Assembly: GCF_027921745.1 (NCBI RefSeq)
Contig: NC_079239.1
Location: 372,001-436,000 of the forward strand
DNA length: 64,000 nt
Direction of reading: 5' to 3'
Source: Schizosaccharomyces osmophilus
Taxonomy: Eukaryota
The position numbers were made by a program, and so were the translations under genes. Under the pieces are notes generated by a model that ran no database searches, was not told the DNA's origin, and saw nothing but the letters and a program-made list of their open reading frames with translations. Positions within the stretch are counted from its first letter, which is position 1. Each line of letters starts with the position of its first letter. This document shows positions 10,679-21,990 of this stretch, piece after piece.

Positions 10679-11818
10679 ATGAACTCCGCCTCTCGTTCTC
10701 ACACGATTCATACTCTTCGGGGTACACCTGCGTCTCACCAACGACAGGTTCCTCGTTCCACCACAAGAAGAAGTTATAAGGTTCCTCGTGTGGGTACTCA
10801 AGTACGCAGCAATCATATTGGTATGTTCACCCCTGAAATGGCCAAGCGCCTAGCTGTTCTTGTTAAAATGGAGAAAGGCCTACTTAGAACTTATGAAGTT
10901 CTTGCCGATGAGCGCAAAGCATGCGCGAACCAGTTGTCCTACTGGGGTGAGGATTGTGATGATGATATTAGCGACATCAGTGATAAGATTGGTGTCCTTC
11001 TTTACCAAATTGGTGAACAAGAAGACCAAATGATCGATAAGCATGATCAATATCGTATTTCTTTGAAGAGTATTCGTAACATTGAAGCTAATGTTCAACC
11101 TGCACGTGAAAGGAAAGAAAAGATTTTGAATTCCATCTATGATCTAAGACAACGTGACTCTGACTCTCCAAAACTTATTTCTTTGGAGCAAGAATTGGTT
11201 CGTGAAGAGGCTGCTTGCTTGGTTGCCGAAGCTCAGCTTACCAACATTACTCGTGAAAATTTCAAGCTTGCTATGACTATTAATGTCGGTACTCTTCTCG
11301 AGCATTCTGAAAAGATTTCTGTTCTTTGCAGTTACGCTAAGAAGATTTTGGATCTTCTTGATGACACTCCAATTACTCCTGGTGAGCCTCGACCCATCTA
11401 TGATGGATACGAAATCACCAAAGATTATGTGTTAGAAGCCGAGAGGGAGATTTCGAACTGGCAATCTCCTTTCGTTACTCCTGAACCTTTGACCGACATT
11501 GATGGACTTCCAATCCAGAGCCATTACCAGCCAGAATACCAAAGAAACACTATTCGATACGATGGTCCAGAGCAGAAAAGGTATAGTCACATCCAAGCCG
11601 CTGATCATGGCCATACTACTGGAACAACTCACAATTACACCGGAAGAGCCTATGACCGTGCGCCGACTGAAGAATTCCAGCCTAATGTCCTTCAAGACAC
11701 TCAATACGTTGACAATTTTGAGGTTGGCGAAGAAGATGATCTTGATGTTGATTCTCAGACTGGCCAAGAACCAGGTTCTTTTGCTGCTTCTCAGCACCCT
11801 CATGCCCTCGCAGCGTAA
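10679..11818 (+). CDS. pil2: Eisosome BAR-domain protein of the Pil1/Lsp1 family (meiotic Pil2)
   Basis: LVKMEK, WGEDCDDDISDISDKIGVL, LEQELVREEAACLVAEAQLTNITR, LLDDTP signatures; paralogue assignment from synteny. Confidence 0.85.
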   Translation: MNSASRSHTIHTLRGTPASHQRQVPRSTTRRSYKVPRVGTQVRSNHIGMFTPEMAKRLAVLVKMEKGLLRTYEVLADERKACANQLSYWGEDCDDDISDISDKIGVLLYQIGEQEDQMIDKHDQYRISLKSIRNIEANVQPARERKEKILNSIYDLRQRDSDSPKLISLEQELVREEAACLVAEAQLTNITRENFKLAMTINVGTLLEHSEKISVLCSYAKKILDLLDDTPITPGEPRPIYDGYEITKDYVLEAEREISNWQSPFVTPEPLTDIDGLPIQSHYQPEYQRNTIRYDGPEQKRYSHIQAADHGHTTGTTHNYTGRAYDRAPTEEFQPNVLQDTQYVDNFEVGEEDDLDVDSQTGQEPGSFAASQHPHALAA

Positions 11819-12628
11819 ACTGAATTTGAAGCTTCTGATGGCATTTGAAGAGCATTTGGTGCTTTACGTTTATAACACCAACTCTCTGTTTTGATTAAGA
11901 TTAAATCTTTTTGTTTGATCATTACATCCTTTATAATCGTCTATCTATTTCATCGGATTCTATGTTTTGATTACGTTTTACGTTAATTTTCCAGTAACTT
12001 TGTGTTTCTTTCTTTATTTATTAGTTGGTATCGACGATTCAAGAATCTTTTTTGTTTTTATTTTAATAATGGCGAATAGTAATAATATTTCTAATGTTGG
12101 AAGTGTGGGCAGCTATTGAAATTAATTATCCAGCATAGTGAAACAGATGCTATGCTGCTTTCTGTGAATAAAATTACATATTACAAAATAATATTCAAAA
12201 GTATAACTCATATTCCTAACCTTTGTGGATAGTCGTTCTTGAACTTCATAATCCTGTTCCTTCAATTGCAAACTTGTAGACAAAAAGCAATCAAGCTGAT
12301 AGCGGCTTTTCATCAATAAATGGTACCTTGAACGCCATCCATTCCCGACCAATTTCAACAATTGACATACAAACTAATGAATCAGGAATTTTTTTTATGG
12401 TAGTACTTTGTCTGCATGAGTAATTTTGCTTAATAGCACTTGTTTACTTTGTTAATATTCAAGTTACATTGTGACCCGCCTGAACATTTGTCTCTTCATC
12501 TCTTCAGAAAATCGTTTGATGAGTTCTCTCTATAAAAGTATTGATTATTCATAATTTGTTTTAAGGAAACAAAACTAGTAAGTATTAATATAGGAGTTTC
12601 TCATTTGAGCTGGATGAGCTAGAGAAAC

Positions 12629-14464
12629 ATGAATCAGGATGTACGATTTCTTCCAGAGGCAATATATGTTAGTTCTTTAAAAAAAACCCGGTGTCTTCGC
12701 ATTGACAGATCAAATGGCTCCCTTGATTTAAATCAAATTGAGGAATTGCTTGAAATACCACCTCAGTTCAGCAACGTTCAGCTGTATGGGATCATTCGTC
12801 TTAAGTTGTTTAAATACATAATATTAATTACCAAATGTGAACATAATACTACATTCTTGGGGAACAACATCTTCCGTGCAAAAAGTTTTGCTATCCTTCC
12901 AATTGCGAAGACAATCTCAACTCCTTTAGAGCCACAAATGGTACAAGATGAAGAAGAGCGGTACTATTTATATCTTCTAAAGCGACATCTTTACCATGGA
13001 CAGATCCTGTTTAGTCCTTCAATGGATTTGACCAACTCTTTACAGCGTTCTCATAACGTTTCTTTAGGTTCTCATAAAAGGTTTACATCAAACTTTCGCT
13101 TTTTTTGGAATAAGTACACGAACGAAGAGTTGCTGTCTTTGGCAATGAACAATCCCCAGTATTTGGGGTACGTCCAGCCCATGATTCAGGGAAACATATC
13201 TTCTACCAATTTGTTTGTCAAAACACATCATGTTCAGCTGCATATCATTACTCGGCACGCAACAGATCATTCTGGAACAAGATACTTTTCTAGAGGAGTT
13301 GACGAAAATGGAAAAGTTGCAAACTTTAATGAGACAGAACAGGTTTTGTTGATTGATTCTACTCTGATGCCCGAAGAACGAATCCTTCTTTCGTATACTC
13401 AAATTAGAGGAAGCATACCAATGTTTTGGGCCGAAATTAATGACTTAAGATACTTACCTCGGCTGGTGGTACAACCTACTACATATAGTGAGGCAGCTTT
13501 TGAACGGCATTTCGAAGATTTAGCTTCCGATTACCAAAATGAGATCGTTGTAGTCAGTTTGTTAGATCATAAAGGTCGTGAAGGGGTACTACAGAAGAAT
13601 TTTAAAAAGATTTGCACCGAATCTCCCAAGCCAGTAAAATATTGTGAGTTCGATTATCATTCTCAGGGAAGTTGCAACATTCCTCATTTATTTGCTAAGT
13701 TGCAAGACGTTCTGTTAAAAGGAAGCTTTTACTCCGAGTATGGTTCTCGTGTTGTTTCCGAGCAGCAAAACCTGATACGCACAAATTGCATGGATTGCTT
13801 GGACCGTACAAACGTCGTGCAAGCAGAAACAGCGCTTTTAATCCTGAATCTGCAATTACAAAAAGTAGGAATCTTAAGCAATTCTGAGACGATTGAAGAT
13901 TTTCGGGAATTTGTTCAAGGGTTTCGAAATGTATGGGCCAACACAGGAGACTACGTTAGCCATTTGTACACGTGCACCCCGGCATTAAAAGGAGATGTAA
14001 CTCGTACTGGGAAAAGAACGATGAAAGGTATGTATGAAGACTTCATTAATTGTTTAAAGCGATATATGTACAACAACTTCTGCGATGGTGCTCTTCAAGA
14101 TAGCTTTGATCTGGGTCTGGGTGCCTTTCGACCGATTTCTTCAGTTTCTTCCTCTCTGATGTTTCATCGAATATCGTGGGCCCATTGTATTCCACCTGCT
14201 TTTTCCGCCGTATCTATCCTGTGGTTGCTTTTGCAAGGATTCATGGGTACTGGTTCTTTGCTATTTGAGTTGTCCTTGGGCACGTCAGGTTTTCTTTCTT
14301 TACTCTATGTAATACTTCATAGAAAAAGCTACATAAATTGGCCACGGTTATTACCTCCAAAATACGCTAGTACGGGATGGTTTTCGATTCGTCACTTGGT
14401 GAGATCTTGGTTTACAAAAGTTTTTCGTTTTCTTCGGTTTGGTTCTTTCAAGAAAAAGGTTTAG
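12629..14464 (+). CDS. sac12: Sac1-family phosphoinositide phosphatase (Sac12)
   Basis: GTRYFSRGVD, RGSIPMFW, catalytic RTNCMDCLDRTNVVQ; two C-terminal TM segments. Confidence 0.9.
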   Translation: MNQDVRFLPEAIYVSSLKKTRCLRIDRSNGSLDLNQIEELLEIPPQFSNVQLYGIIRLKLFKYIILITKCEHNTTFLGNNIFRAKSFAILPIAKTISTPLEPQMVQDEEERYYLYLLKRHLYHGQILFSPSMDLTNSLQRSHNVSLGSHKRFTSNFRFFWNKYTNEELLSLAMNNPQYLGYVQPMIQGNISSTNLFVKTHHVQLHIITRHATDHSGTRYFSRGVDENGKVANFNETEQVLLIDSTLMPEERILLSYTQIRGSIPMFWAEINDLRYLPRLVVQPTTYSEAAFERHFEDLASDYQNEIVVVSLLDHKGREGVLQKNFKKICTESPKPVKYCEFDYHSQGSCNIPHLFAKLQDVLLKGSFYSEYGSRVVSEQQNLIRTNCMDCLDRTNVVQAETALLILNLQLQKVGILSNSETIEDFREFVQGFRNVWANTGDYVSHLYTCTPALKGDVTRTGKRTMKGMYEDFINCLKRYMYNNFCDGALQDSFDLGLGAFRPISSVSSSLMFHRISWAHCIPPAFSAVSILWLLLQGFMGTGSLLFELSLGTSGFLSLLYVILHRKSYINWPRLLPPKYASTGWFSIRHLVRSWFTKVFRFLRFGSFKKKV

Positions 14465-14869
14465 GTTGATGATGGTCAATTGTTTACGACTTGTTTAGGC
14501 ATTCTAAAATTCTGAGAAAAAAAACTCGAAGTGCGTATTTTAGAGATCTCGTAAACCTACGAAGCCCTCCTATTTTCACACAATATTAAGCATAAATGAA
14601 GCATCACATCTTCCCCCTTTTATATTTCGGAATGCATTGACGGATGTTCAAATGAATACAACTAATGAATGAAAAACTATTTGTTTACGCTTTCGTTTCT
14701 TCTATGATCTTAATTTAGCGTAACCAAGTTATCTACTGGTTTATGAAATCGCATAAAAAGTTGAATATAAAATTGTAACAAAAGTTTCGTTTCAAGTATA
14801 ACAAATTATATACAGTTTCCAAATAGCATTGGGATAGTATCTTATTATTCCTATTGCATCCAGTAAACC

Positions 14870-14894
14870 AAAAAAAAAAAAAAAAAAAAAAAAA
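14870..14894. repeat. Poly(A)25 tract
   Basis: Direct read; intergenic. Confidence 0.85.
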
Positions 14895-15458
14895 TCTATA
14901 ATGCGCATGATTGCTGAATTCTATACCTCGACTATTACAGACACGATTTTCGAAAGAATAACTACTTTATTTCATTCTTATTTCCTAGAAAACATAGTAG
15001 TTTACTTACTTACTTGTAGGTATCAAGTTACCTTTTTAACTTTCATTGCGTTGTGTAATTTTAAGTTTGTGTCATGTGAAGCTAACACAGTATTCGATGA
15101 ATTTGTTTACGTGTCTGTACCGTTGTACATAGCTTTTGCATATATCAAGCTATTTGGGAAAACCGAAAACATTAGGTTAAATTCGGTGTTTTTTTTTCTT
15201 ATTTTCGCCTTAGGAAAATATAGAAACAGGATTGCTTGTATTCTGGATCAAAAGTATACCGGTACCGAGAGGCTGAGCGGACATACATATTGTACAGATT
15301 CCATGACCTCTATGGTTTCGACTTTGTAGACCTTTTTACTAAAGAATTTCATGAAGGGAATTTGATCCTAAATTCTTTTGTTGAGAGTAGGAAACATAAA
15401 GAACGTTTATTGCGAATATTAAGTTACGTGGTTGAGTTTAGAGTTATTTTGTATAATC

Positions 15459-16685
15459 ATGGAACATATTGAAGGCTATATAGGATTATGTGTTTGCTTC
15501 CTTGGCTTACCGGCTTCAGGAAAAACGTTTTCTGCTGGTAAACTTTCACGCTATTTCAGTTGGATGTCTGTGAAGACGGAGGTTTACAGTTCGGAAAAGT
15601 ATTTAGAAACTGAGTACGAGAGCTCGGACTTAGTCCCTCCAAGACATACGCTAAATCAAGTGGATTTAATTTTTAATGATTTGGAAACATTTTACAAGGA
15701 GGATGGACATGTGACGATTCTGGACTTTAATGAATGCCATAAGGAGCTTCGCCAAAACATTGTCAATGCTGCTGAAAAGCGGAAGATTTTGGTTATGTTT
15801 GTTGAAATAGTATGTACAGACCACAAGTTTATAGAGGAGAATATCACCGATATTTGCACGAATTCCCCTTCCTACAAACATATACCTCTCGAATCTGCAA
15901 AGAAAAAGCTACGGGAAGTAATCAAATCTTACCGACAGGATTACGCTCCTCTTACGGAAGCAGAAGATTGTACATTTGTCAGAATCATTGACTTTGGCAA
16001 TGAAGTTATAATTCACAACATTGAGAATTACTGGCAGTCAAGGATTGTTTATTATTTATCTAATCTTCGTACCAAACGTCGAAGCATTTGGTTGAGTAGA
16101 CATGGCGAGAGTGAATTCAACGTTCAAGGTCGAATAGGCGGTAATTCGGGGCTAAGCTCCCAGGGTGAGAAGTACGCTTCTTTACTTCCCGAGTACGTTT
16201 CCAAGTTTGTTGTTGGGTCAAAGGGTTTAACTGTATGGACGTCTTCCATGAAGCGCACAATTCAAACCGCCAGCCATCTGGACTACCAAAAGCTGGAATG
16301 GAAGGCTTTGGATGAGCTAGATGCTGGTATTTTTGATGGCTTTACCTACGACTATATTGAAGAGAAGTACCCTCATGAAGCTCAAAAGCGAAGTTACGAC
16401 AAGTTTCACTACCGCTATCGTGGTGGAGAGTCTTATATGGATGTCGTTCGAAGGCTGGAACCGATCATTATGGAATTAGAGCGACAAGGAGACGTTTTCA
16501 TCATTTGTCATCAAGCTATCCTTCGTTGCATTTATGGTTATTATCACAATTTCTCTTTGGAAGAATTACCTTTTTTGAACGTTCCCTTACACACGATCCT
16601 GAAGCTTACGCCCACTACATTTGAGACTTTGGAAGAAAGATTATCTATACCAGTCTCCGCTGTTTCCACACAACGTGGAAAATAA
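15459..16685 (+). CDS. 6-phosphofructo-2-kinase/fructose-2,6-bisphosphatase (SPAC732.02c-like)
   Basis: P-loop GLPASGKT and histidine-phosphatase motif LSRHGES; first ATG at 15459 gives 408 aa. Confidence 0.92.
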   Translation: MEHIEGYIGLCVCFLGLPASGKTFSAGKLSRYFSWMSVKTEVYSSEKYLETEYESSDLVPPRHTLNQVDLIFNDLETFYKEDGHVTILDFNECHKELRQNIVNAAEKRKILVMFVEIVCTDHKFIEENITDICTNSPSYKHIPLESAKKKLREVIKSYRQDYAPLTEAEDCTFVRIIDFGNEVIIHNIENYWQSRIVYYLSNLRTKRRSIWLSRHGESEFNVQGRIGGNSGLSSQGEKYASLLPEYVSKFVVGSKGLTVWTSSMKRTIQTASHLDYQKLEWKALDELDAGIFDGFTYDYIEEKYPHEAQKRSYDKFHYRYRGGESYMDVVRRLEPIIMELERQGDVFIICHQAILRCIYGYYHNFSLEELPFLNVPLHTILKLTPTTFETLEERLSIPVSAVSTQRGK

Positions 16686-17051
16686 AATCTCCGTTTTATT
16701 TCTTCACCTTTTACAATCTTTCGTTGCTAACTTTTTACTTTCTATTGTACAAGATTGGTGTGCTAAGTAATAAATACTCCATTCAAGTAAATTAGCGTTA
16801 TAGAATCTTGTACGTTTATGATGCGGTTACATGGTCAGTCTTAATAATTAGATGAATTTGTTATTCTCGTATCCTTTGGAAATCAATGAGTATTGAAACC
16901 ATAATTGAAGGCCAGCTAGAGTTTTCCAATAAACATTATAAATTAATAAGCTATACATAATTTGCAGGTAAGTCAGGAAACGGATGACTCAAGCACCAAA
17001 TAAACATAAAGTTTTTTTGACAAAATCAATGGAGTAAAATTAGAATCTTTA

Positions 17052-17845
17052 TTAGCAGACGTTGGAAACCTTCGTCTGTAGGATTAAGCCAACAATAAGG
17101 CCGTACAGCCCCAAAACCTCTGCGAAAATTAAAATTAAAACCATGCTTACGAAGATTCGGTCCTGTCTCATAAAACTCTGCACACCTTTGTCACCAACAA
17201 TACCAATGGCATAGCCGGCAGCAACTCCAGTAAGACCGACGGACAACCCGGCTGAGAGGTGAATAAATCCACTAAAATAGTGTTAGATATCGGGTATGAA
17301 GCAGCAGCTTGTGTAAACCACCTAAACTTGGATTGCAGCACCATAGTACCTCATAGGTTACAATTGAAGGTTTGGTTGCACATGCTTATCCTTTTATACT
17401 AACCTAAAGAGAGAATAGTCGCTGTCGGGGGACATATCACCAGCAATCAAGACAGACATTACTAAACCATATACCTACCAAGGCGAAATTAGACTAGAAC
17501 AATAACAAAGGAAATGGGTGAACATACACCGATAATACCACTCATTACAACGGGAATTAAAGACTAGAAACATTCAAAAGGTTAGCATACTCATCATCGT
17601 TCGACTACAATAGTGCTCACCTTCATAACAATTTCAGGTCGAAACGCTCCTACAGCTGCAATTCCTCTACCGGCTAAAGCCGTGCCGTAGCCTGCTCCTA
17701 GGCAAGAAAAAACCATTGACGCACAAACACCTAGCAATGAGTGTAATTCCAAGAAACCATACCTGCAAAGCCAAAAAAAGAAGAGTATATAGGACTAATG
17801 TTAGAGAAAGTATCAAACAATTGCTTACCATAATTCGCTAGCCAT
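17052..17845 (-). CDS. vma11: V-ATPase V0 proteolipid subunit c' (Vma11); 6 exons
   Basis: Introns 17828-17795, 17762-17731, 17620-17564, 17527-17475, 17403-17272. The spliced product runs [17 protein letters not shown]...[16 protein letters not shown]. Confidence 0.9.
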
Positions 17846-18368
17846 TTTGACTGAATATAAGTTTTGTTATGAATGTAGTTCCAGTGCTTATTGAAGATGC
17901 CAAAGAGCTAGTCCCCTTTACAGAACTCTTGCGTTATGTATTATAATATATAACAATCAAGGTATTAGTGGCATCTTAAAAGATAGCGAGAATGAAAGGG
18001 CTACGGTAGTAAACAATTGTTAAACTATTTCTGATGTTTTAACAGATGGATGGAAATCTCATGGCTGTATGAAATACTCAAATCAAAAGAATTATTACCA
18101 ACAACAATCTATCTTTACAACACTTCACTTAAATGACTCAAGTATCACAAATATTAAATAATATTAGAGGAGAATAGTCTCCTACGATTCTAATCCAGCT
18201 AGGTCATCATCATTAGACAAAAAACAATAAATAAAGGAAAGGAATGATTAAAGGTAACCAAAGAAACAAAATTTTAGTCTGCGTTCATTCATGAAAAAAA
18301 AAGGCCGCTGCAGTATGCAAAACAATGGCTGGTAAAATTTTGGTGGGAAGAAGGAAGAGCAAATAGTT

Positions 18369-21300
18369 TTATACTATTTTGGGAGGCATGTTGACCACGT
18401 TATTCATAAAAAAGTTGTAAATGTAATGACCATGGTACAGTAATCTTTCATAGTCCGGACGCAAAAATCTGTAACAAGAAAGGCTCTCATACCTTTGAAG
18501 CAAAGTGGTAAAGTCATCCATCCTCATTGAACACAACATGTCATCAACAGTATAATATTTCTTGATTTTTCGTAGCAATTGGTACAAAGCTTGAACTTCA
18601 GACTTATCCAAAAACGGAATTCTTTCTACATCTCTGTGTCGCATATTTCGAAGCACCCGCATTTCTGCTGCTACCATAAAAGAATTTTCTGGTAAAGGTT
18701 CGTATTTATCAAAGTCAATATCATCAGGTTTCTGGCTATTCATGGCCGCGTGCTCGTTCGCATAAAACAGTTCACTACAAGATAATTTCAGCCAGTAAGG
18801 AAATAAACGACTTTTTTCATCAACCATAGGTAGGCTTGATAAATACAAGTCTCTTCTCCACTGATCCAGCATATGGTACTGCGCAGGTGTCAATGTTTTC
18901 CCCGATTTGCTATGGTTTAAAAACAACCGGTCTGGGTAAAACGTTCGCAATAACTCGTACTCAAACTTTGTTACATTTGTAGTTGGTTCTAGTATGCGAA
19001 AAGAAACCATTCGCTTTAGTAAATTCTGTTCTTTCCATTCGTCCGCTGAATAAAAGACAGACTTTTTTAATACCTCTGTCTGGTGCTCAGTAGCGCGTGA
19101 ATGCGTCCCACACATTTCGTAAATATATTCTGCAGAATGATTCAATGAGAGCCCATTGTGATAATGCTCTAAAGAATTCTCATGCTCTTCAATTTCCTCC
19201 TCGGACGGTAATGCAATAGGATTGAGTCCCAAATGAACTAATATATTGTTGCGAGTATTAGCATAATCTAGAACGGCACCATAAAATACTCTTCCTAGTC
19301 CATCGGAAACGACTTCGTATATAGACCCATGTCTCTTTAAAGTTTTGGACATAAATATTTTATGATTTGCGTATTTGCTGTAGTAGACATTACGCTTTTC
19401 TAAGCGTTCACCACGTCTAGGTAATGGAGCAGAGTGATCTCCTTCCATATGTCTCTGACGAAAGGCATCTTCAAATACTTCATCAGGAGAAAACCGAAAG
19501 TCTTTTCTCTTTTCGTTACACAGGTTTTGAAACTGGTGTAAGTAAAATTGCATTCCGTCTTCTCCATTCAGCAAGCCAGGTTCATCAAGGGAAATTAGTT
19601 CCGCGATAGTAATTAGCTCATGAGATTCAAACAACTCCTTTGTCGGCTTATTTGCTAGGATGTTATAAAAAACTGGCTGTTTAATAACTTTGGAAGGCTT
19701 CTTTTCGGCATGTGTAAGTTTGTACCGGGAAGACTTGGCTACTTCATCCAAGTACTTAAAACATATTTTCGGCGTAACAAACGATGTTATTTTTAAATTA
19801 ACATACCACCAATCGTCCAATTCATCTTGAGGTAGAATATCCAAAATGGATACTGTCTTCAAGCCAGACTCTTGCTTATAAGCAGCGTAGTAGAGAGCTG
19901 CGTATAGAAAGTCATAATCTCCCTTCGGAATATACTTCTTAATTAGATACTGATTCCTTAAATCTCGATTGGATTTTACCTCTGCTTTCGAAATTGAAGC
20001 GGCAGCTGTCATACTCTGGAAAGACTCTCTAAACAGATCGGGAATATTGACTTGTTTTGTGGAATCAGACTTTACACGGCGGTCGTTTCCGTGGATAATG
20101 CTGAACATAAAAGAATTCGAGATACACCTTCGATCATATTGATTCAACTTTTTCTCAACTTCAGGGTCTCCAAAGTTTCCCAACCATAAGACGTTATGAG
20201 GCATGCTCCTCATGGATTCTAGCTTCTCTAAAGATTTTTTTCCTTTCTCCATCATTGTTTCGTAGTACCTTAGACGCCATTCTATATAAAGAGCAATAAT
20301 GGCTTTTGCATTATGAAACTGTAATGCAACAAAAAAATCTTTTGGGTCAACTTCTGTACAATTTTTTTCGATATTTTGAAGGTGCTCTTTGTTGACTCGA
20401 TATTCATTCGGCTTAAATCTGCGAGATTGGTGGTGTCCCAGAAAAGGGGAAAAGCTTGAGGAAGACTTTAATTTCGAGTAGTTGTTACGTGATACTACAT
20501 CTTCAGGCATGGTTTGTAAGGGAATGCCAAATTCATCGAAGCAATCCGAATAGTCACTAAGGTTGTCGACAACACTAGAAGGATCGACATCATCCAAGAA
20601 AGTGCATATCTTTGTCTTCTCAGAAAAAGCTTTTCTATGTTCGGTGTCTACTTCTTTGGTCAAAGGCTCTTCAGAACATGCTGATAGCAGAGACTCATTT
20701 GATGACAGTGGACTCAGATCATCTGTGAGAGGGCTTGGGGAGTTTTCGTTTGGTATTTTTCTTTCTGTTTGGAAGTTTGTAATAAGAAAGGATCGTTCAT
20801 TTTCATCTGCATAGGAGTAACTTGAATTGTAACCAGCTGACATAGGAAATAACTTATCGATATCATCCAGTTCGGTTTCATATTTTGAAGAGTCTTTCAT
20901 AGAAGGACACTCACGGTTACGATTCAGGTTTGAGCTTGGATATGTAAGCTTTCTGGAAGCAGGTTTACACGTAAGCTTATTTTCATTAATATCTTTCTTG
21001 TGGGGATCGTTTGAACAATAAGCGCGTTTTGGCTTTTGTAGCAAAGAATGGGCAGGACGAGGAAGTTTTTGATTTGGTTTGATTCTAAACCTTGAAAAAT
21101 CATTGTCTGATGGGGACGAAGAGGAACCTGAATCCCAAACAGTGGAAAGTTTTGAGTCGGCATTTGGGTAACGTGTATTAAAGGGAGTTGGCGGTCTTTT
21201 GAATTTCTCAAGGTCATTAATTATTGCATTCTCAGAGGAAATTTCTGGTAGGACTTCGACTGTCCTTTTTTTGCGCAACTCTCCTTTTTCCATGCGATCA

Positions 21301-21386
21301 GCAGTAGTGTCTTTTTCGGATGGAAAGCACAAAAATAGTCTCACAAAAAAAGAATATATTGCCCTAAAAAAGTTGGAGAATCCCAT
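18369..21386 (-). CDS. spo3: Sporulation / forespore membrane protein Spo3
   Basis: 1005-aa ORF with a hydrophobic N-terminus, FLEX-rich promoter, and position between vma11 and btn1 as in S. pombe. Confidence 0.75.
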   Translation of the reverse strand: MGFSNFFRAIYSFFVRLFLCFPSEKDTTADRMEKGELRKKRTVEVLPEISSENAIINDLEKFKRPPTPFNTRYPNADSKLSTVWDSGSSSSPSDNDFSRFRIKPNQKLPRPAHSLLQKPKRAYCSNDPHKKDINENKLTCKPASRKLTYPSSNLNRNRECPSMKDSSKYETELDDIDKLFPMSAGYNSSYSYADENERSFLITNFQTERKIPNENSPSPLTDDLSPLSSNESLLSACSEEPLTKEVDTEHRKAFSEKTKICTFLDDVDPSSVVDNLSDYSDCFDEFGIPLQTMPEDVVSRNNYSKLKSSSSFSPFLGHHQSRRFKPNEYRVNKEHLQNIEKNCTEVDPKDFFVALQFHNAKAIIALYIEWRLRYYETMMEKGKKSLEKLESMRSMPHNVLWLGNFGDPEVEKKLNQYDRRCISNSFMFSIIHGNDRRVKSDSTKQVNIPDLFRESFQSMTAAASISKAEVKSNRDLRNQYLIKKYIPKGDYDFLYAALYYAAYKQESGLKTVSILDILPQDELDDWWYVNLKITSFVTPKICFKYLDEVAKSSRYKLTHAEKKPSKVIKQPVFYNILANKPTKELFESHELITIAELISLDEPGLLNGEDGMQFYLHQFQNLCNEKRKDFRFSPDEVFEDAFRQRHMEGDHSAPLPRRGERLEKRNVYYSKYANHKIFMSKTLKRHGSIYEVVSDGLGRVFYGAVLDYANTRNNILVHLGLNPIALPSEEEIEEHENSLEHYHNGLSLNHSAEYIYEMCGTHSRATEHQTEVLKKSVFYSADEWKEQNLLKRMVSFRILEPTTNVTKFEYELLRTFYPDRLFLNHSKSGKTLTPAQYHMLDQWRRDLYLSSLPMVDEKSRLFPYWLKLSCSELFYANEHAAMNSQKPDDIDFDKYEPLPENSFMVAAEMRVLRNMRHRDVERIPFLDKSEVQALYQLLRKIKKYYTVDDMLCSMRMDDFTTLLQRYESLSCYRFLRPDYERLLYHGHYIYNFFMNNVVNMPPKIV

Positions 21387-21427
21387 AATGGAGACGATAG
21401 AAGTAAGACCAATATGATATAATCAGG

Positions 21428-21990
21428 GTAAACAAACAAGGTAGATGTGAAAAAAACGAATAAAAAGGAGTGAAATAGGTAGTCTTCTTAAACCAATGTA
21501 AGGAATTGAATTGGTTTTCTCCGGTTTAGGGATTGTGATTTTGAGATAAAGGAATGTGTAAACAATAACAATGCAATGCAAGTATCAAAACTTGGGGTTA
21601 AGTATATAGACAGTGGAAACAAAATAATAGGTTTCCTAAACTGTCGATGAAATATAGAGTTGAATAAGAATGCTTTTGATGAAGTAATAGACCTTGAGCT
21701 ATTAATCAACAAAAATAAAAATGCTGTGAGCATAAAATGCTTGGGTACAAAAAAGCTTAAAACAATATAGGAAAAAGGATACTTTTGTGAGGACAATAAC
21801 TATTATATAAGCTAAACAAATAGGTTTCTGTCAACAAACAAACATTTGCGAAATGTAAACAAATAAACAGTTAGCTTATATGACGCTTTCTTATTTACAT
21901 AGCTGTTTCGAACTTTAAAAAATATTTTTTTTTTTATTGATTTATTTATATAAGTGTTCAAAGCTTTACAGCAATCGTAAACATAACAAA
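21428..21990. promoter_or_regulatory. Cluster of FLEX (GTAAAYA) Mei4 elements upstream of spo3
   Basis: GTAAACAAACA at 21428-21438; further GTAAACA near 21557, 21855 and 21977. Confidence 0.65.

Noticed and set aside
14901..15472. 142-aa and 78-aa ORFs upstream of the PFK-2/FBPase-2 gene
   Set aside because: F/I/L-rich composition typical of T-rich UTR or intergenic DNA; no recognisable domain.
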